From Botryllus schlosseri (Eukaryota), in contig CM119371.1 in assembly GCA_051294905.1 (NCBI GenBank), positions 558,001 through 622,000 of the forward strand: DNA of 64,000 nt, read 5' to 3'. The position numbers were made by a program, and so were the translations under genes. Below, in pieces: positions 9,774-22,168 of the stretch (positions are counted from its first letter, which is position 1; every line of letters starts with the position of its first letter). The notes beneath the pieces were generated by a model. It was not told where the DNA came from. It worked only from the letters and a program-made list of their open reading frames with translations, and did not search any database.

Positions 9774-10162
9774 TTTTAACGCTGACCCATTCTAGGAATG
9801 GTATAGGTTTCCAACACTGGCTGTCCACTGTTAACGAAATCTCTACGAGATACCGTGAGATAGCGCTTATGGAGATGAATATGACATTGACCAAACCTAT
9901 ACCAGGACGATATTTGTTTGTCTATTGTAATATTATCAATCCACGATTGGTCGGGGACACATTTGCTAATTTACTCCGTGTCATCCCGTTACAAAATAAC
10001 ACCATGTCACAAAATTGGATATCGACGAATCCATATCATTTTTCGATATCGCAAGATGTTATACACTCCGTTTGTATTTCATTGAGAAATGAATTTGGTG
10101 ACCCTATAAATATAGACAACCAATCATTGCAAGTCACATTTAACATTAGGAAGCAATTATGA
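9770..10162 (+). CDS. Minor capsid (penton-like) protein 3, minimal form lacking the central insertion
   Basis: EIALMEM followed almost at once by FVYCNIINPRLVGDTFANLLRVI; ISLRNEFGDPI...VTFNIR; 130 aa. Confidence 0.8.
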   Translation: MILTLTHSRNGIGFQHWLSTVNEISTRYREIALMEMNMTLTKPIPGRYLFVYCNIINPRLVGDTFANLLRVIPLQNNTMSQNWISTNPYHFSISQDVIHSVCISLRNEFGDPINIDNQSLQVTFNIRKQL

Positions 10163-10533
10163 AAGTTGCGTACACCTGCGACCATCACTCGGTATACAAC
10201 CATTATAATCAAACAGGGAATGGATTTGGATATTTCGCTGGTGGCCACCAAACAGGGTCTGGTATTGGTAGCTTGTTTAAAACTCTTGGTCGTTTCGTGA
10301 CCACTGTTGTGAAATACGCTGGCGGACAATTGTTACGTACCGGGGGTGAGATAGCCAGAGATCTTTTGAACGGACACTCCATCAAGTCCAGTGCCCTCAA
10401 AAGAAGTAAGCAAGCTGGGACTCGCGTTATTGATCGAATTTTGAAACCCAACAATGGTATAAAAAGAAAGAAAAATACTAAATCAAACATTTCTAAGAAG
10501 CGACGCCGCAAAGAGAAGGACATCTTCGATTAA
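10159..10533 (+). CDS. Basic core/membrane-lytic-like Polinton virion protein
   Basis: QTGNG and QTGSG motifs, amphipathic GIGSLFKTLGRF helix, Lys/Arg-rich C-terminus ending DIFD; lies directly before the major capsid gene. Confidence 0.75.
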   Translation: MKVAYTCDHHSVYNHYNQTGNGFGYFAGGHQTGSGIGSLFKTLGRFVTTVVKYAGGQLLRTGGEIARDLLNGHSIKSSALKRSKQAGTRVIDRILKPNNGIKRKKNTKSNISKKRRRKEKDIFD

Positions 10534-10534
10534 C

Positions 10535-11805
10535 ATGATGATGCATGAAGATTCCCACGAATGTCATAATAACGGATTAAATATATTTAGTGTTCCTCAT
10601 ACCCAAACCTCGATAGAGAATTCACAATATGTCATCGTTAAACCACACAGTCTGGGAAATGTAATGGAAATTTCATTACCTAAAACAGACAGATACATCG
10701 ACCTGCAAAACTCATTCTTACGATTATGCCTAAAGCTTACTAAACACGATGGAACAGATTTAGCAGATGCCGCGGAAGTAGCATTTGTCAACAATATATT
10801 AGATTCTCTTTTCAAACAAATTGATGTAACTATCGGAAATGAAGTAATCACCAATTCAGACAATTGCCACGCATACAAAGCGTATATCTATCGACTGTTG
10901 AATGACACACCCGCTGGATCCAACAGTTTTATTCGTGGCCAGGGCTTCCACAAAGACACCGCAAAATTTATGGATACTATAGGCGCTGAAAACACAGGGT
11001 ACGTAACGCGAAAAGGTCTTACGAAAAGTAGTAAAGCATTGGAGTTGATTGGTAAAATTAGAATGGGACTTTTCGAGCAATCAAGATGTATGCTGGATAA
11101 TGTCGATATGAAATTACGATTCACATGTAACGACGACAAATTCTGCCTTATTGGAACCACCGAAGACGTGAAAATTGTAATCACGGATATGGAACTATAT
11201 GTCAAACAAATGAAAATTACAGAGAGTGTCAGCTTAGCTCACAAATCGATATTACAGAAATCGAATGCTAAATATCCGTGGTCTCGTCTTCAAATGTCAA
11301 CTCATACATTCGCAGGGGGACTGACGAAGCTTGACCGCGAGTTAGTTAGCGGGACTTTGCCGAAAAAAATTGTAATTGGCTTGGTTGAAACCACAGCGTT
11401 TAACGGGGCTAGAAACAAAAACCCATTCAACTTTAAACATTATGACATTCAGAATATGTCATTGGCTGTTTGTGGCAATCAATTACGAGGTAGAGAATTC
11501 CATTTCAATTTCGAAAAATCGGGGGTTTAGAAGGTTATATGATGCTCTTTTCTGAGACAGGGAGGTGGGAAGGTGAGGCACCTTTAAATATATCACCTAC
11601 CGACTATATGAATGGTTATACTCTGTTCGTGTTTGATTTGACCCCAGATAATAGCTTAGGGTGTTACCAACTACACAAAACCGGAACCGTACACCTGGTT
11701 TTGACAACCTCCAAACCACTACCAACGTCTGTGACATTGCTGTGCTTAAAAGAGTACCAACACCTCTTACAACTGAACCAGAAAAGACAGGTCGTGGAAA
11801 TATGA
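10535..11805 (+). pseudogene. Major capsid protein (double jelly-roll), one frameshift near the G5 run 11521-11525
   Basis: LNIFSVPHTQTSI, VNNILDSLFKQIDV, AFNGARNKNPFNFKHYD, GYTLFVFDLTPD. Adding one G joins 10535..11530 to 11539..11805 as FEKSGGLEGYMMLFSETG. Confidence 0.93.
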
Positions 11806-12248
11806 ACACGGATGAGATTAATAATATTCTCTTCAATCATCCTGACACGAAAAATCTATTCATAGGGACTTATGCTGTGGATCAGCTACCGAAAAAACCA
11901 AAATACCAGAAATTTGCTGTTGTCATCAATTACGACGAACCAACGTTACCAGGTTCTCATTGGGTGTGTGTATATAGCGATAACTCCACTCATTTTCATG
12001 ATTCACTTGGTTTCCCACCCCTAAAACCTCAGATAGTCGAGTTTCTAGGTTCAGAGGACTTCACCGTTACCAGGCAACAGCTTCAAAGTAAAAAATCTGA
12101 TATGTGTGCTGATCATTGTATTTCATATTTGATTAAAAGAGCTCAAGGTTTTTCAACTGAACAGTATCTGAATTATTTTGGTGATAAAAAATATGAGAAT
12201 GATAAAATTGTTCGCTTTTTCGTAAAGAGCTTGATTACAGGTGGATAA
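11802..12248 (+). CDS. Adenain-like cysteine protease (capsid maturation), 148 aa
   Basis: FIGTYAVDQLP, NYDEPTLPGSHWV (His), HDSLG (Asp), LQSKKSDMC (Gln, Cys); starts at an ATGA overlap with the capsid stop. Confidence 0.93.
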   Translation: MNTDEINNILFNHPDTKNLFIGTYAVDQLPKKPKYQKFAVVINYDEPTLPGSHWVCVYSDNSTHFHDSLGFPPLKPQIVEFLGSEDFTVTRQQLQSKKSDMCADHCISYLIKRAQGFSTEQYLNYFGDKKYENDKIVRFFVKSLITGG

Positions 12249-12252
12249 TAAA
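12247..12252 (+). terminator. Polyadenylation signal AATAAA after the last Polinton gene
   Basis: AATAAA overlaps the protease stop codon. Confidence 0.55.
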
Positions 12253-12270
12253 CACATTCAATGTATACAT

Positions 12271-12577
12271 CCGTGATTCGTGATATACTTAACACAGTGA
12301 GTCAGTTTTGCGCTGAGCGTTGACGGGAAGCAATTCGCGTAGTGATTCAGTCGACAGGATACCATAGTCATTTGTCTCCGCAGAATATGTAGGTCACTTC
12401 GCATTAAAACACCTGTTTTCAAAATCGATCGCGGGAAGCGCACAATGACGCTTTTTCGAAGCTCCATAGGCCGATTTTCGACCACTAGCTAGCTCAAAAT
12501 GCACCGTTTCTGACTTCCGAAATGCAACATTCTTGTTTCCGGTATTTTACGAATCACGGGACCACAATATAACTACT
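12271..12577. repeat. Probable right terminal inverted repeat of the Polinton (inner boundary uncertain)
   Basis: Non-coding, CpG-rich segment after the last gene, ending CACAATATAACTACT. The partner TIR is outside the window. Confidence 0.65.
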
Positions 12578-12862
12578 ATAGTCTCTGTAAGGGGAAAGTG
12601 CGACAGCGTTTCTATCGAATATTTTCCCAAGGAAACAGGGGAAACGGGGGTTTTTACTGTTGTTGTTGTTGTTGCCGTCACGGTAGCTCGAGTTATTGCA
12701 TTATGACGTAACGCTCTTCACAGAGAGTTTAATGTTAGGTCACGGGAGAGTGATGCGGCGACCATTCATTGCGTATAAAAAAAAAATATAGTGATTGTGG
12801 GAAGGAGTGACGACTGAATTCAAATGCCCGATTGATATTCATCCGCCATAGATTTTGGTGTT

Positions 12863-13186
12863 GAGATGAGAATGATTAGGTTAGGATTTGGGAAAACAGG
12901 ATTTGAGAAATTTTGGTGGATTAGGATTCTGATTGGATTTACCGATTTTCGGAAGAATATGTCCTGGGGCGAATGGCGACAAAGTTTTTTCGTCCTATCT
13001 ATGATACTTCGTGGATTTTGAGCATTCTATTTATTTTTTACAGAATTATCGGCATTGGACATAGGCTTTCTAAGTGGAATGCTAAGTTTGAATCGGATTA
13101 GGATTAGGACTAGGATTGTAGTATACAGAATTTCTGGATCGGAAAGGATTGGATGAGGACATAGAAGTTTTGAATCCGCTCATCTC
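12863..13186. mobile_element. Degenerate MITE with GGATTA subterminal repeats
   Basis: GAGATGAG...CTCATCTC ends, many GGATTA/GGATT units; related fragment near 25535-25620. Confidence 0.4.
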
Positions 13187-13334
13187 AGGTTTATTGGCGC
13201 CATTTTGCAGTATCTATCTCGTAAAGATGGTTGTTTATGGTATTATTGTCGGTTATACTTTCAATATTTGATATCATACCATCACCATATGAATCGCGAA
13301 ATATCTATTTAAATCATGGACGAAACATGGATGC

Positions 13335-13440
13335 GGCGAGTTGGGATAATCCACAGCTACAACACCTATGTGTTGTCGGTTCGAGTCCGACTGAGGTCGA
13401 CTCCAGAATTCTCTTACCTAGGTGTTGCAGGTTTTTCTAT
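13335..13440 (+). mobile_element. tRNA-derived SINE head (family 1)
   Basis: B-box GGTTCGAGTCC (13378-13388) followed by GACTGAGGTCGACTCCAGAATT; similar copies at about 39610-39722 (-) and 51567-51690 (+). Confidence 0.55.
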
Positions 13441-13776
13441 TGTGGAAACCAGAGGTTTCCAGAATGCTTTGTATTTGCCATTTGGAAATTGCGTTGGACA
13501 TGGTATGGCTGGAGACCGCGTATTGACTTAGTTGAGTGAGGCAGTTTGGCTGAGTTCGTGACTGGAGATGGATGCGAGTGACTATGTCTCTATGTTTGGT
13601 AGCGTGAAGCATAAGTAGTTGGGAGCAGTAGCGTGAAGTAGAGGCTGTATAAGGCAGCTAGGGCGAGAAGTAGTAGGTAGTTGGTCTTGTATTTGCAGGC
13701 TTGAGTTGGACGTACCGATCGGAATCTCTGCTGGGGCACGGCCTAGTCACTCACGGTGCTACGCGAGCACCTAGGG

Positions 13777-15236
13777 CAAGGGTCGGCAACCTACGGCCCG
13801 CGGGCCGGATCCGGCCTGCCAAGCGAAATCGTCCGGCCTGCGAGATAATAATTAGTTATCACAAGACTACGGCCCGCCGTTTCACAATGCTTTTCAGTAG
13901 AAGTAGAGTAGAATAGATCAGTGCTTATCAATCTGGTATATCTCGCAACCGAAAATTTACCATACTTTTTAGCGAGTTTACCGATCGGGTTTGACAATAA
14001 AAGTGTCCTTCCTCTGCTTCAAAAACGCTTGGAACATCTCAGACGCAATGACAAAATCTCAAACTTACACTGTTTAATTATAGATAACTAGCCTCCGTAG
14101 ATTAGTTATCCATAATTTAATTCCCAAAAGGCATAGTGCGCCAAGACAACAAACCTGAAGTGTTTTGGCCACAATGATGAACACTGTTAATATGATTTTG
14201 TCTCAAAAACTGAATCACCAACATTGTTACGCCAAATATTACTAGAAGCATAGAGTCAATATGGCGATGTAATGTATATCTGCCCTGTTCGTGCATTAAG
14301 TCGAGAAGCTATACTTGCACTAGTCTATGAACTGAGAAATGGAATAGCAGCTTTCCTCGAAAATACGAATATCGCCGACTCATAATCTTATAATCGAAAA
14401 TGGGTAACTAATCTTGCTCTCCTGGTACATTTAACGTCTCATCTGAACAAAGTGAATTTCCAACTTCGAGGGGACAACGACTGAATACATGAGATGTTAA
14501 GGCACATTCGAAACAAATCTGCGTCTCGGAGAATTTCAACAGTACAAAGAAAATTATGCTCACTTTCTTATACTGGAGAGAAAACCTAGTAACAATGCTA
14601 TATTTGTAACTGTGATACGAAATTTAATTACTGAATATTCACCAGCTTTACCGACATTCCTTCAATACAAAATAAATTCTGAATATTCAGTACTCCATTT
14701 AATGTGGACGCCAATAGCAATGCCTGAAAATTTCAAATGGGCATTTTTGAAATGCGATGCAGTTGGTTGAATGAAAAATTTCATACAAAGGGCATATCGC
14801 TGCATGACTTTGATAAAGAGTACGTTCTTGAAATTTATCTTTATCCCAGCTTGTCCAACAATGCAAAAGACATTGGCATCGATTTTTGGTAGCACGTACG
14901 CATGTGAGCAAGAGTTTTGAACAATAAAATTCACGAAGAGCAAGCTAAGATCACGTATTTTGGACGCCCATTTAGAATATGGTCTGATTCTTGCTTCATT
15001 TGACTTGTTGTCAGAAGTTGAAAACCTTTCACAAAGCAAGCTGCGTCAATTGTCACATTTATTCTGCGTTGTTGAAGTGTAAATACATGTGTTTTGTGAT
15101 TGGTAGGGTTGAGATTGCAGCAATGTAGGATAATATACCGAAGTAAGCGTAAAATATTGTATTAAGAAGAATTCCGACCCACCCAGTTGCATACTCGAAA
15201 TTTGGCCCGTGACTAGCAAAAGGTTGCCGATCCCTG
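13777..15236 (+). mobile_element. Decayed hAT (Buster/SPIN-like) DNA transposon with transposase remnants
   Basis: TIRs CAAGGGTCGGCAACC / GGTTGCCGATCCCTG; TSD ACCTAGGG/ACCTAAGG; remnants WVTNLALLVHLTSHLNKVNFQLRG (from 14401) and LASIFGSTYACEQEF*TIKFTKSKLRSRILDAHL (about 14873-14975). Confidence 0.88.
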
Positions 15237-15683
15237 ACCTAAGGAGTGATGTTGCCCCTATGGTAGTTCCTACTCGCTTGTAGATGGCAAGGCTGCTGCT
15301 GGGATAGGTTCATGCTGATAAGTATGTGTGCGTGCTGCGTGGGTTTAGCGTGGAGTGTCGTTACAGTTTGCTGTACAGTGCATGTGTCGAATATAGGTGT
15401 TGTAGATCGTCTGGGGTTCCGTTATATGTGTCCTCGAGCATCGCTATTATGAGATTCTTGTGTCGTATGAATATAATATTATTACCGCATACATTTGTGG
15501 TGTTGTCAGTGTCAGTCTCCGTCGTGTATTATGTAAGTGTTGTTCGAGCAGGCGGCAGTCGCAAAGAGACGAGGTCACAAGCCCAGTAACACACCTTCGT
15601 TCCCGTTATTGTTACGGGGTCGCTACGGGGCCGTTACGGGGTCGCTACACTAGGCTCATGTACGCCATATCATCCGCCTAAGC

Positions 15684-17032
15684 CAGTGGTTCTCAACCTT
15701 TTTTGACTCGCGCCCCCCTTGGAGATGGTCAAAAAAATCGCGCCCCCCCTGACCCCCCTTGCATTTATCGTCATGTCAAAAAGAGCACATCATCTAATAC
15801 AGAGTTGGGCAACGTTTTTGATAATCATGGCCGCATTTCGATTACTTATGTACGGGGTAGCGTAAGGCCGCATTCCAGGGCATATAGCCGCAATGAACGA
15901 TCTGGACACAAAATTCCTATGGTAAACTGTCCATATCCATTCCCGGTGAACTCCGGACTATTCTACTTTTCACAATGGCCTATTGTACGCAACGAAATCG
16001 CGAGTGGCAATGTTATGAATAGTTGCCGGGAGGTGCATATTGTCGCGCGGAGCGCGAAAGTTTTTCAGGGCTGCGAACGAATTGTTATTTCTTGCCAATT
16101 CCCATTCCGGCTCTGATTAAGACGGGCGCTACTGCATTAAAATCAAAAAATGAAGTCTTGTTGAATTGCGCGGAGGGCGAAGAAAATTTCAAGATTAATT
16201 AAAATCTCTCGAAAATGCGGGAGTGAATTCGTAATTGCAATTTGCATGTCTACGGCCGCCAACATATAGCCTACTAATTGAATTAGGCGTCGAACGCCCG
16301 CTCAAATTCCCTTCTACGGCCGCAGGCTGCCCACCCCTGATCCAATAGTATACATAAGGTATATCTTACGCCAATTTTGAATCGGCATTCCAGTTGTTGA
16401 GTCTTTTACATGACAAATTTCTCCAAACTTGTTTGAAAATAACAAAAAACATTGAACAAGACATCCATTAATTAATTTCAAGGTAGGTCACCCTGAGACT
16501 AATCCTGATGCTGGTCGTGAGTACAGAGCGCAAGGCGTCGTTCTGTCCTGCCAGGCTAAATTTGATCAGTTTTGGAAATTGTGTTGATTTATAGCCTAAT
16601 TGAGGGCGAAACCGGGCAACCTATGTTGCATCTAATTCTGTCTTAGGCAGTGCAGTTCGCAAGCTACTAACAAGAGCTGCCCAGCTCGCCAAGCTTTAGG
16701 CTACTGTCAAAGCTATCAAGCAATGAATGACTTACACGTGGGAATTGCTCTCTATATCTCCAAAGAATTTCAAAAATTTGCTCAAATCAAGTTGAAATCA
16801 GACTATACTCCGTTGAGCGCGGTTGCTAGAGTTTGTATTTTGCAAGCTTTCTTGAATATGTAATAAATTTCATCTTCATTAATCGTCTTCTCATAATGGA
16901 TGTGAAACACATGTTCGGACACGTACAATTTATACTGACTTTGTCAATTTCTCGCGCCCCCCTATAGTGACTTCGTCAATTTCTCGCGCCCCCCCTGAGA
17001 CTCTTCCGCGCCCCCCAGGTTGAGAACCCCTG
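15684..17032. mobile_element. Non-autonomous hAT element
   Basis: TIRs CAGTGGTTCTCAACC / GGTTGAGAACCCCTG; perfect 8-bp TSD GCCTAAGC; related inverted copy at 39929-41412. Confidence 0.9.
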
Positions 17033-20000
17033 GCCTAAGCGGTGCCTTACAAAAGCCTAGAACTGTACCGCGCTACAAATCCGCAGTTAAGGAATTAAAA
17101 TTAATTAATATTGGCCTGGTGTAAATGATCATTGTAGTCGTCAAACACCATGAATACCACAAACAACAGCCCAAGAAACTGCTCTTGGTTTTAAAAAATG
17201 TTGTTGAAACTTGATATATTGTCTTCAAGGGTAGTGATGAATATAAGTTGAGTTGAATTGACAAGGTGTGTCGAGTTTAAACGTATGGGTGGCATCGGTC
17301 TACCAGCTCCCAAACTTACGCATTTCCATGTTCAAATGCAGTGTACTCTTGAGACTGCAATTCCATCACCTTAGAGTAAATGAAAAAGCAATGAAAATAT
17401 GTCCTCGAAACCAGCTTTCATATGATACCCTACTCGCTTGAATATTTTTATAGGATTTTGAACAATTTGTATTCTAAATTGTGCTACGCTTGACCGCTTC
17501 CAGACCATCGATCATATTTCGCCTCAATTTAACCTGTAACTGTAGATAACTAAGGTAAACCGATTTACCTTAGGTATCATTACTGTAATACCACACCGCA
17601 TGGCATTTAATACCACATGGGAACATAGACCAAATAGCCTAGCTACTCAGATAACCGAGTGCCAAATCTCAACTGTAATATAAGATCTGTTTGCACCCTT
17701 CCAAATTTTACATTTATAAACCTGAATGCTGCAGAGCTGAAATAAGCAGAAAATCGTCAAATGTTCGAAATGAGGTAAGTTTTGACCCAGAGTACCATTT
17801 TCCTCACATAAACTTCAGTGTGTTTGAAATTAAGTCATATATAATTGCATCAAATTTCAGAAGATTTGGAAATGTGGTTGTTCCAACTATTGTTGTCCAG
17901 GTTGGAAATGGCCCGTTGGGAACCACTGGATTATTTGCACTTTATTAATTGCAGACATGGCGGCGTCTATGAAAATGCTGTTCTCAAATCCACATTTTAT
18001 AGGTCATTATCGACGAGAAATGGCTTTGAAAAGACATTGCCGTCGATAAAATTCATTCATTAAATACGATTTATTCCGTGTATATGTGGACAAATGGGCG
18101 AATAATGTATCAATTTAGCAATCCGGCCCGCCAAGTAGGCATACTGAATTTTTGTATATCCGACCCGCTGACTGGAGAAGTTGCCCTCCCCTTGCGTAAG
18201 CGGTGTCCTACAAAAGCCAAGAACTGAGCTGTAGTACAAGTCGGCGGCAACGGAATAGAAATGAAGAACATTCTGGTCTGGTGTCAATCAATCACTCGGT
18301 TTATTAATATTTCCATCATTTCAAAACATCACAAGACTGCGATACAATGAAAAATGACCATAGTAGTCAACAAACACAATGAATACCCCAAAACAAACAA
18401 TATATGTAGCAAGTCTGCGAAGAGTGCTTAATGCTTATAGTCGATGAAATTGATATAAACACTGCATAGACGACAAATGTAAAAAAATTATCATGTGTAG
18501 TCTACGGGATATATCTTGATTGGATCCTCGATGAGGGTGTTGGCTGTACTGTAGAAGTTGTTTTTTGAGATAATATCTGGCGTAAGGATAGAAACTGGTG
18601 TTTCACTCCCATAAATAGATCATTCCAGTCCAGCCGATCCTCGTTGTCATTTTTGGCAAAGCGACCGAATATATTGATTTTGTGGAATTATTATAGTATT
18701 CAATTGTCGCAGTGAATGTATCAGGGGACATTTGAAAAGTCAGCATGTACTTCACCACAGAGGCATAATATGTCCCGAGTCGTCACGAGTTATCATGTAT
18801 ATCAATATATTATTTTACGGAAATGTAGGGTTTGAATTAGGAGTATGACGTCACTTTGGTGACCCCTATTGACACGAACCAAAACCTTTCAGGGGTTCAT
18901 ACCATCCCTATAGTAGGTAGTCCGTGACTGATGCTTATTCAACCAATCAATGAAAATGATATAAACCGCACATCGTTGTCTAACGTAGAAAATCTAACAG
19001 GCGTACTATTTCTTCTGTCTTTATTATTTTTGGCCTTATAAACGCTGAGACGGTGAGGCTTCTTGCTCAAGCATTACAGTACTTCTGAGACGGGGCATAT
19101 TATTTGTATTTATTTTTATTAAAAATATTGCTTGAACATGAAACTATGTCGAAATTTGATGCGGTCTGCTTAGGGGGGGGGGCATTTTCAACGAAACCCA
19201 TCGACGGCAGCGCCAGCTGGTACGCCACTGCAGGAACCATCTTGATTTCATATGTTTATTGTATCATAAAACCAAATACGTGCAATTAAGGTGCTGGCTA
19301 AATTTTTAATTTGGTAATATCGGTAGCAATGAAAAATATTTGCTCAATGTCAATGTAGCAATAACACTGGACGACATGATTTCTGCTTTTCTGCCGAAAA
19401 AGTGACTACGAAGTCAATTTTTCTACGCTTAATACGAATATGAAGTCACTTTTTTCTCACGTCACGATTGTTTATCATCTGTGATTTAAAATTTTGCATT
19501 TCATTGCTAAAAACAGACTGTTCTGTGACATATTCCATGCTATTGGGTCATAGCTATATTGATTGTGACGTAAACGGAATACGTCAAAGTATTTAGGTAC
19601 TCGAATACTCAAGTAGAAGTAAAAGTAAGTGGCAAGTAGCCTATTCTAGGTCTAGTGTTTGATGTCAGTATCAATCTAATATTATCTTACTTTTAAAACA
19701 TCACGAGACTGCGAGACAATGAAAAGATAAAAAGCGGTCGAAACGAATTGGAGTAGTCTCTCCTACGCGATGTAAAGAAGAAATATGCACGGCAGACTGA
19801 ATTAAAAATGAACGGCATTGAGGTTGTGAAGCATTTGCAAGCAAACAAAAAAAAACTTTAGAATTTCGTGAGCCAATGGTTTTAAGAGAAACACACAGAC
19901 ATGGAAAGATTGTTACATTTGATCATGTTTTTTGGGGATTCAATGTCAAAAATGATCATAAAATTACATATCCAATTTGACTTGCGTATTTCGACTAACT

Positions 20001-20617
20001 CCTCATGGGCTAGATGTCACAATTCCATTGCCTTCAAAATTTTTACCAATGGTTGAAGAAGATTCTCTCGGTAAGAGCCATTGTCTGACGCGATCAGCAG
20101 CTGTGATCCGAAGCTATATCAGGTTGAGCTAAATATATTTGTCATAAATGTGAATTTTACCGAATGAATTTGCTCTTATTGTAGGTTTCAGATTAAAAGC
20201 CAGACGTATTCTCGGCACTGATACCTCGCCTCCGAGCCCTCTTTTGTCTATGTTGTCGTTGTTCAAGGTCTTACAGAGACATTGGGAACTGTGAATTGCG
20301 CCTTCTTATTCATGCATCAAGCCTCAAAGCTAATTTGTCACACAATACAAATTATTGTGCGTTTATCTCCGTATCTGGTACAACTGAAATCAAGAGATCA
20401 TAAGAGAATATGAAACTTTTGATTTAAAATTTGGAAGATATTATTCAAACTACTCAAACGTGTGAAGTTTCCATAGATTTTGAACTCATAAATATGCTAC
20501 TGGTTCAACTGTCTAAAACTACGAGGTATCCTTGTTTTATTTGTGAATGGGACAGTATAAATTATTGAATTAAATGTAAGTGGCCAATGAGGGAGTACCT
20601 TGCACCAGGCTCTACAA

Positions 20618-20892
20618 CAGTGGTTCCCAACGTGGGCGATATCGCTCCCCAGGGGGCGATTTGGCGGTCTCGGGGGCGAAAATGACGGGGGCGATAGGGG
20701 GCGATGACGCGTCTAAACGGCTGACCTTTATTTTAGTCAACCCACGGAAATTTAGTTCCTCTCCGATAAGATGACCTTTTTTTTGTTTTTGTTTTTCAGT
20801 CAACCCGCCGGTGATTACAGTTGGTATGTTGGCGATGATCGGTGTTGAGCTGGAAAAGGGGGCGATGGGTCGAAAAAGGCTGGGAACCACTG
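20618..20892. mobile_element. hAT MITE with GGGGCGA repeats
   Basis: TIRs CAGTGGTTCCCA / TGGGAACCACTG; perfect TSD CTCTACAA. Confidence 0.9.
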
Positions 20893-22168
20893 CTCTACAA
20901 CGTTGCAGAGCCTGCTCTGATCGACATATGTAACGTTGTACTTCCCTAATGATAGCCTATACATCAAACCATCTCATGAAAAAGTTTTCGAATGCTCTTT
21001 TCAAAAAGAGTTTACATTCTTAATGCATCCACGAAAAGTTTCCTCTCTCGAGTTAATACAATAAAGTGTGTAAGTGTATATTTGTTGTACCTCAGAACAC
21101 TCACCAAAACCCCATATTTCTTTTTAGGAATGCGTATTTGGAAAAATACTACATGACTATCTTTCATGCAAGTTGCATCCAAATTTCCTAGAAACACGAA
21201 GTATCGTGAGGGCGTCAGTGCCTCGCCAGCCATGAACCTCACCGCACGTCACTCGTGTACCATAATGTTTTAAGTGTGTAGTACTAGGATTAGGTTAGCC
21301 TATATGGGTTGGGTATACTGGGGAGTTCCAGATCCACATCACAATGGACTCGCCATCATAATTCATATTACAGTGGATCACCTCGAACCTTTGTCAAAAG
21401 TCATGTGTGAACAAGTACGTGATCTTATAACGTCACGTGATGTCATATTGCTGATTCCAACCCTACATTTCAGTATTCACGATTCCCAGTGACAACTCAG
21501 GCCAGATTATGCCATAATGCTTTAGTAAGCTACGTGCCGACAGCAATCCCGACAATGTATTCGGCATCTATTTCTCTCATCAAGTCACAATTTTTCGCAA
21601 GAATCGAATTACATTTTTGCTCACAAACGGCTATGATAAAGGTCTTGTGTGTCTAAGAACATCGTATGGCTGTCACCGAAATACCATTAAAAAGCTGCAA
21701 CTTACAAAAGATCTATTAATTCAAGTTTCGCATGCTCAAATAAGACAAGCAGCGTGATTAGTACAGGTTTTTACGGACCAAATGTGGCGCACACGACGAA
21801 TATCATGTATATTTGGATCGAATTAGTTCTAGCATGACGTCACGGTTTTCAATTATGACGTAGAAGATTATTGACATGAATGGCTCTTTGGGAGTTTGAA
21901 CGGGAAAATAGGGTCTATATGGCTCCCCGAAAAAAGAGGTTCCCGACCCCTGCTTTAAACATTTGGCCACATGATCAAGCAATCGCGGTACTTCATCCGG
22001 GCTATACTGATGGCTTCCATTGCGTTTAATCGAAGTATCAACAAGATGATGCCCATTACACTAACAAAATTATCATGTCTACTTTTTCACACATTTTGCT
22101 AGTTCTTGAAAAAGTGCCTCGAGGTGGACCATTCTCCCCCATATAGCATGAAAAATCATTCAACTTAC

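Larger units (their letters stand above)
1..12577 (+). mobile_element. Polinton/Maverick (adintovirus-like) endogenous viral element, left end outside the window
   Basis: Co-oriented cluster of pPolB, packaging ATPase, DDE integrase, minor and major capsid genes and adenain-like protease. Ends in ACTACT at 12572-12577 (5'-AGTAGT on the minus strand), a known Polinton terminus type. Confidence 0.96.
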
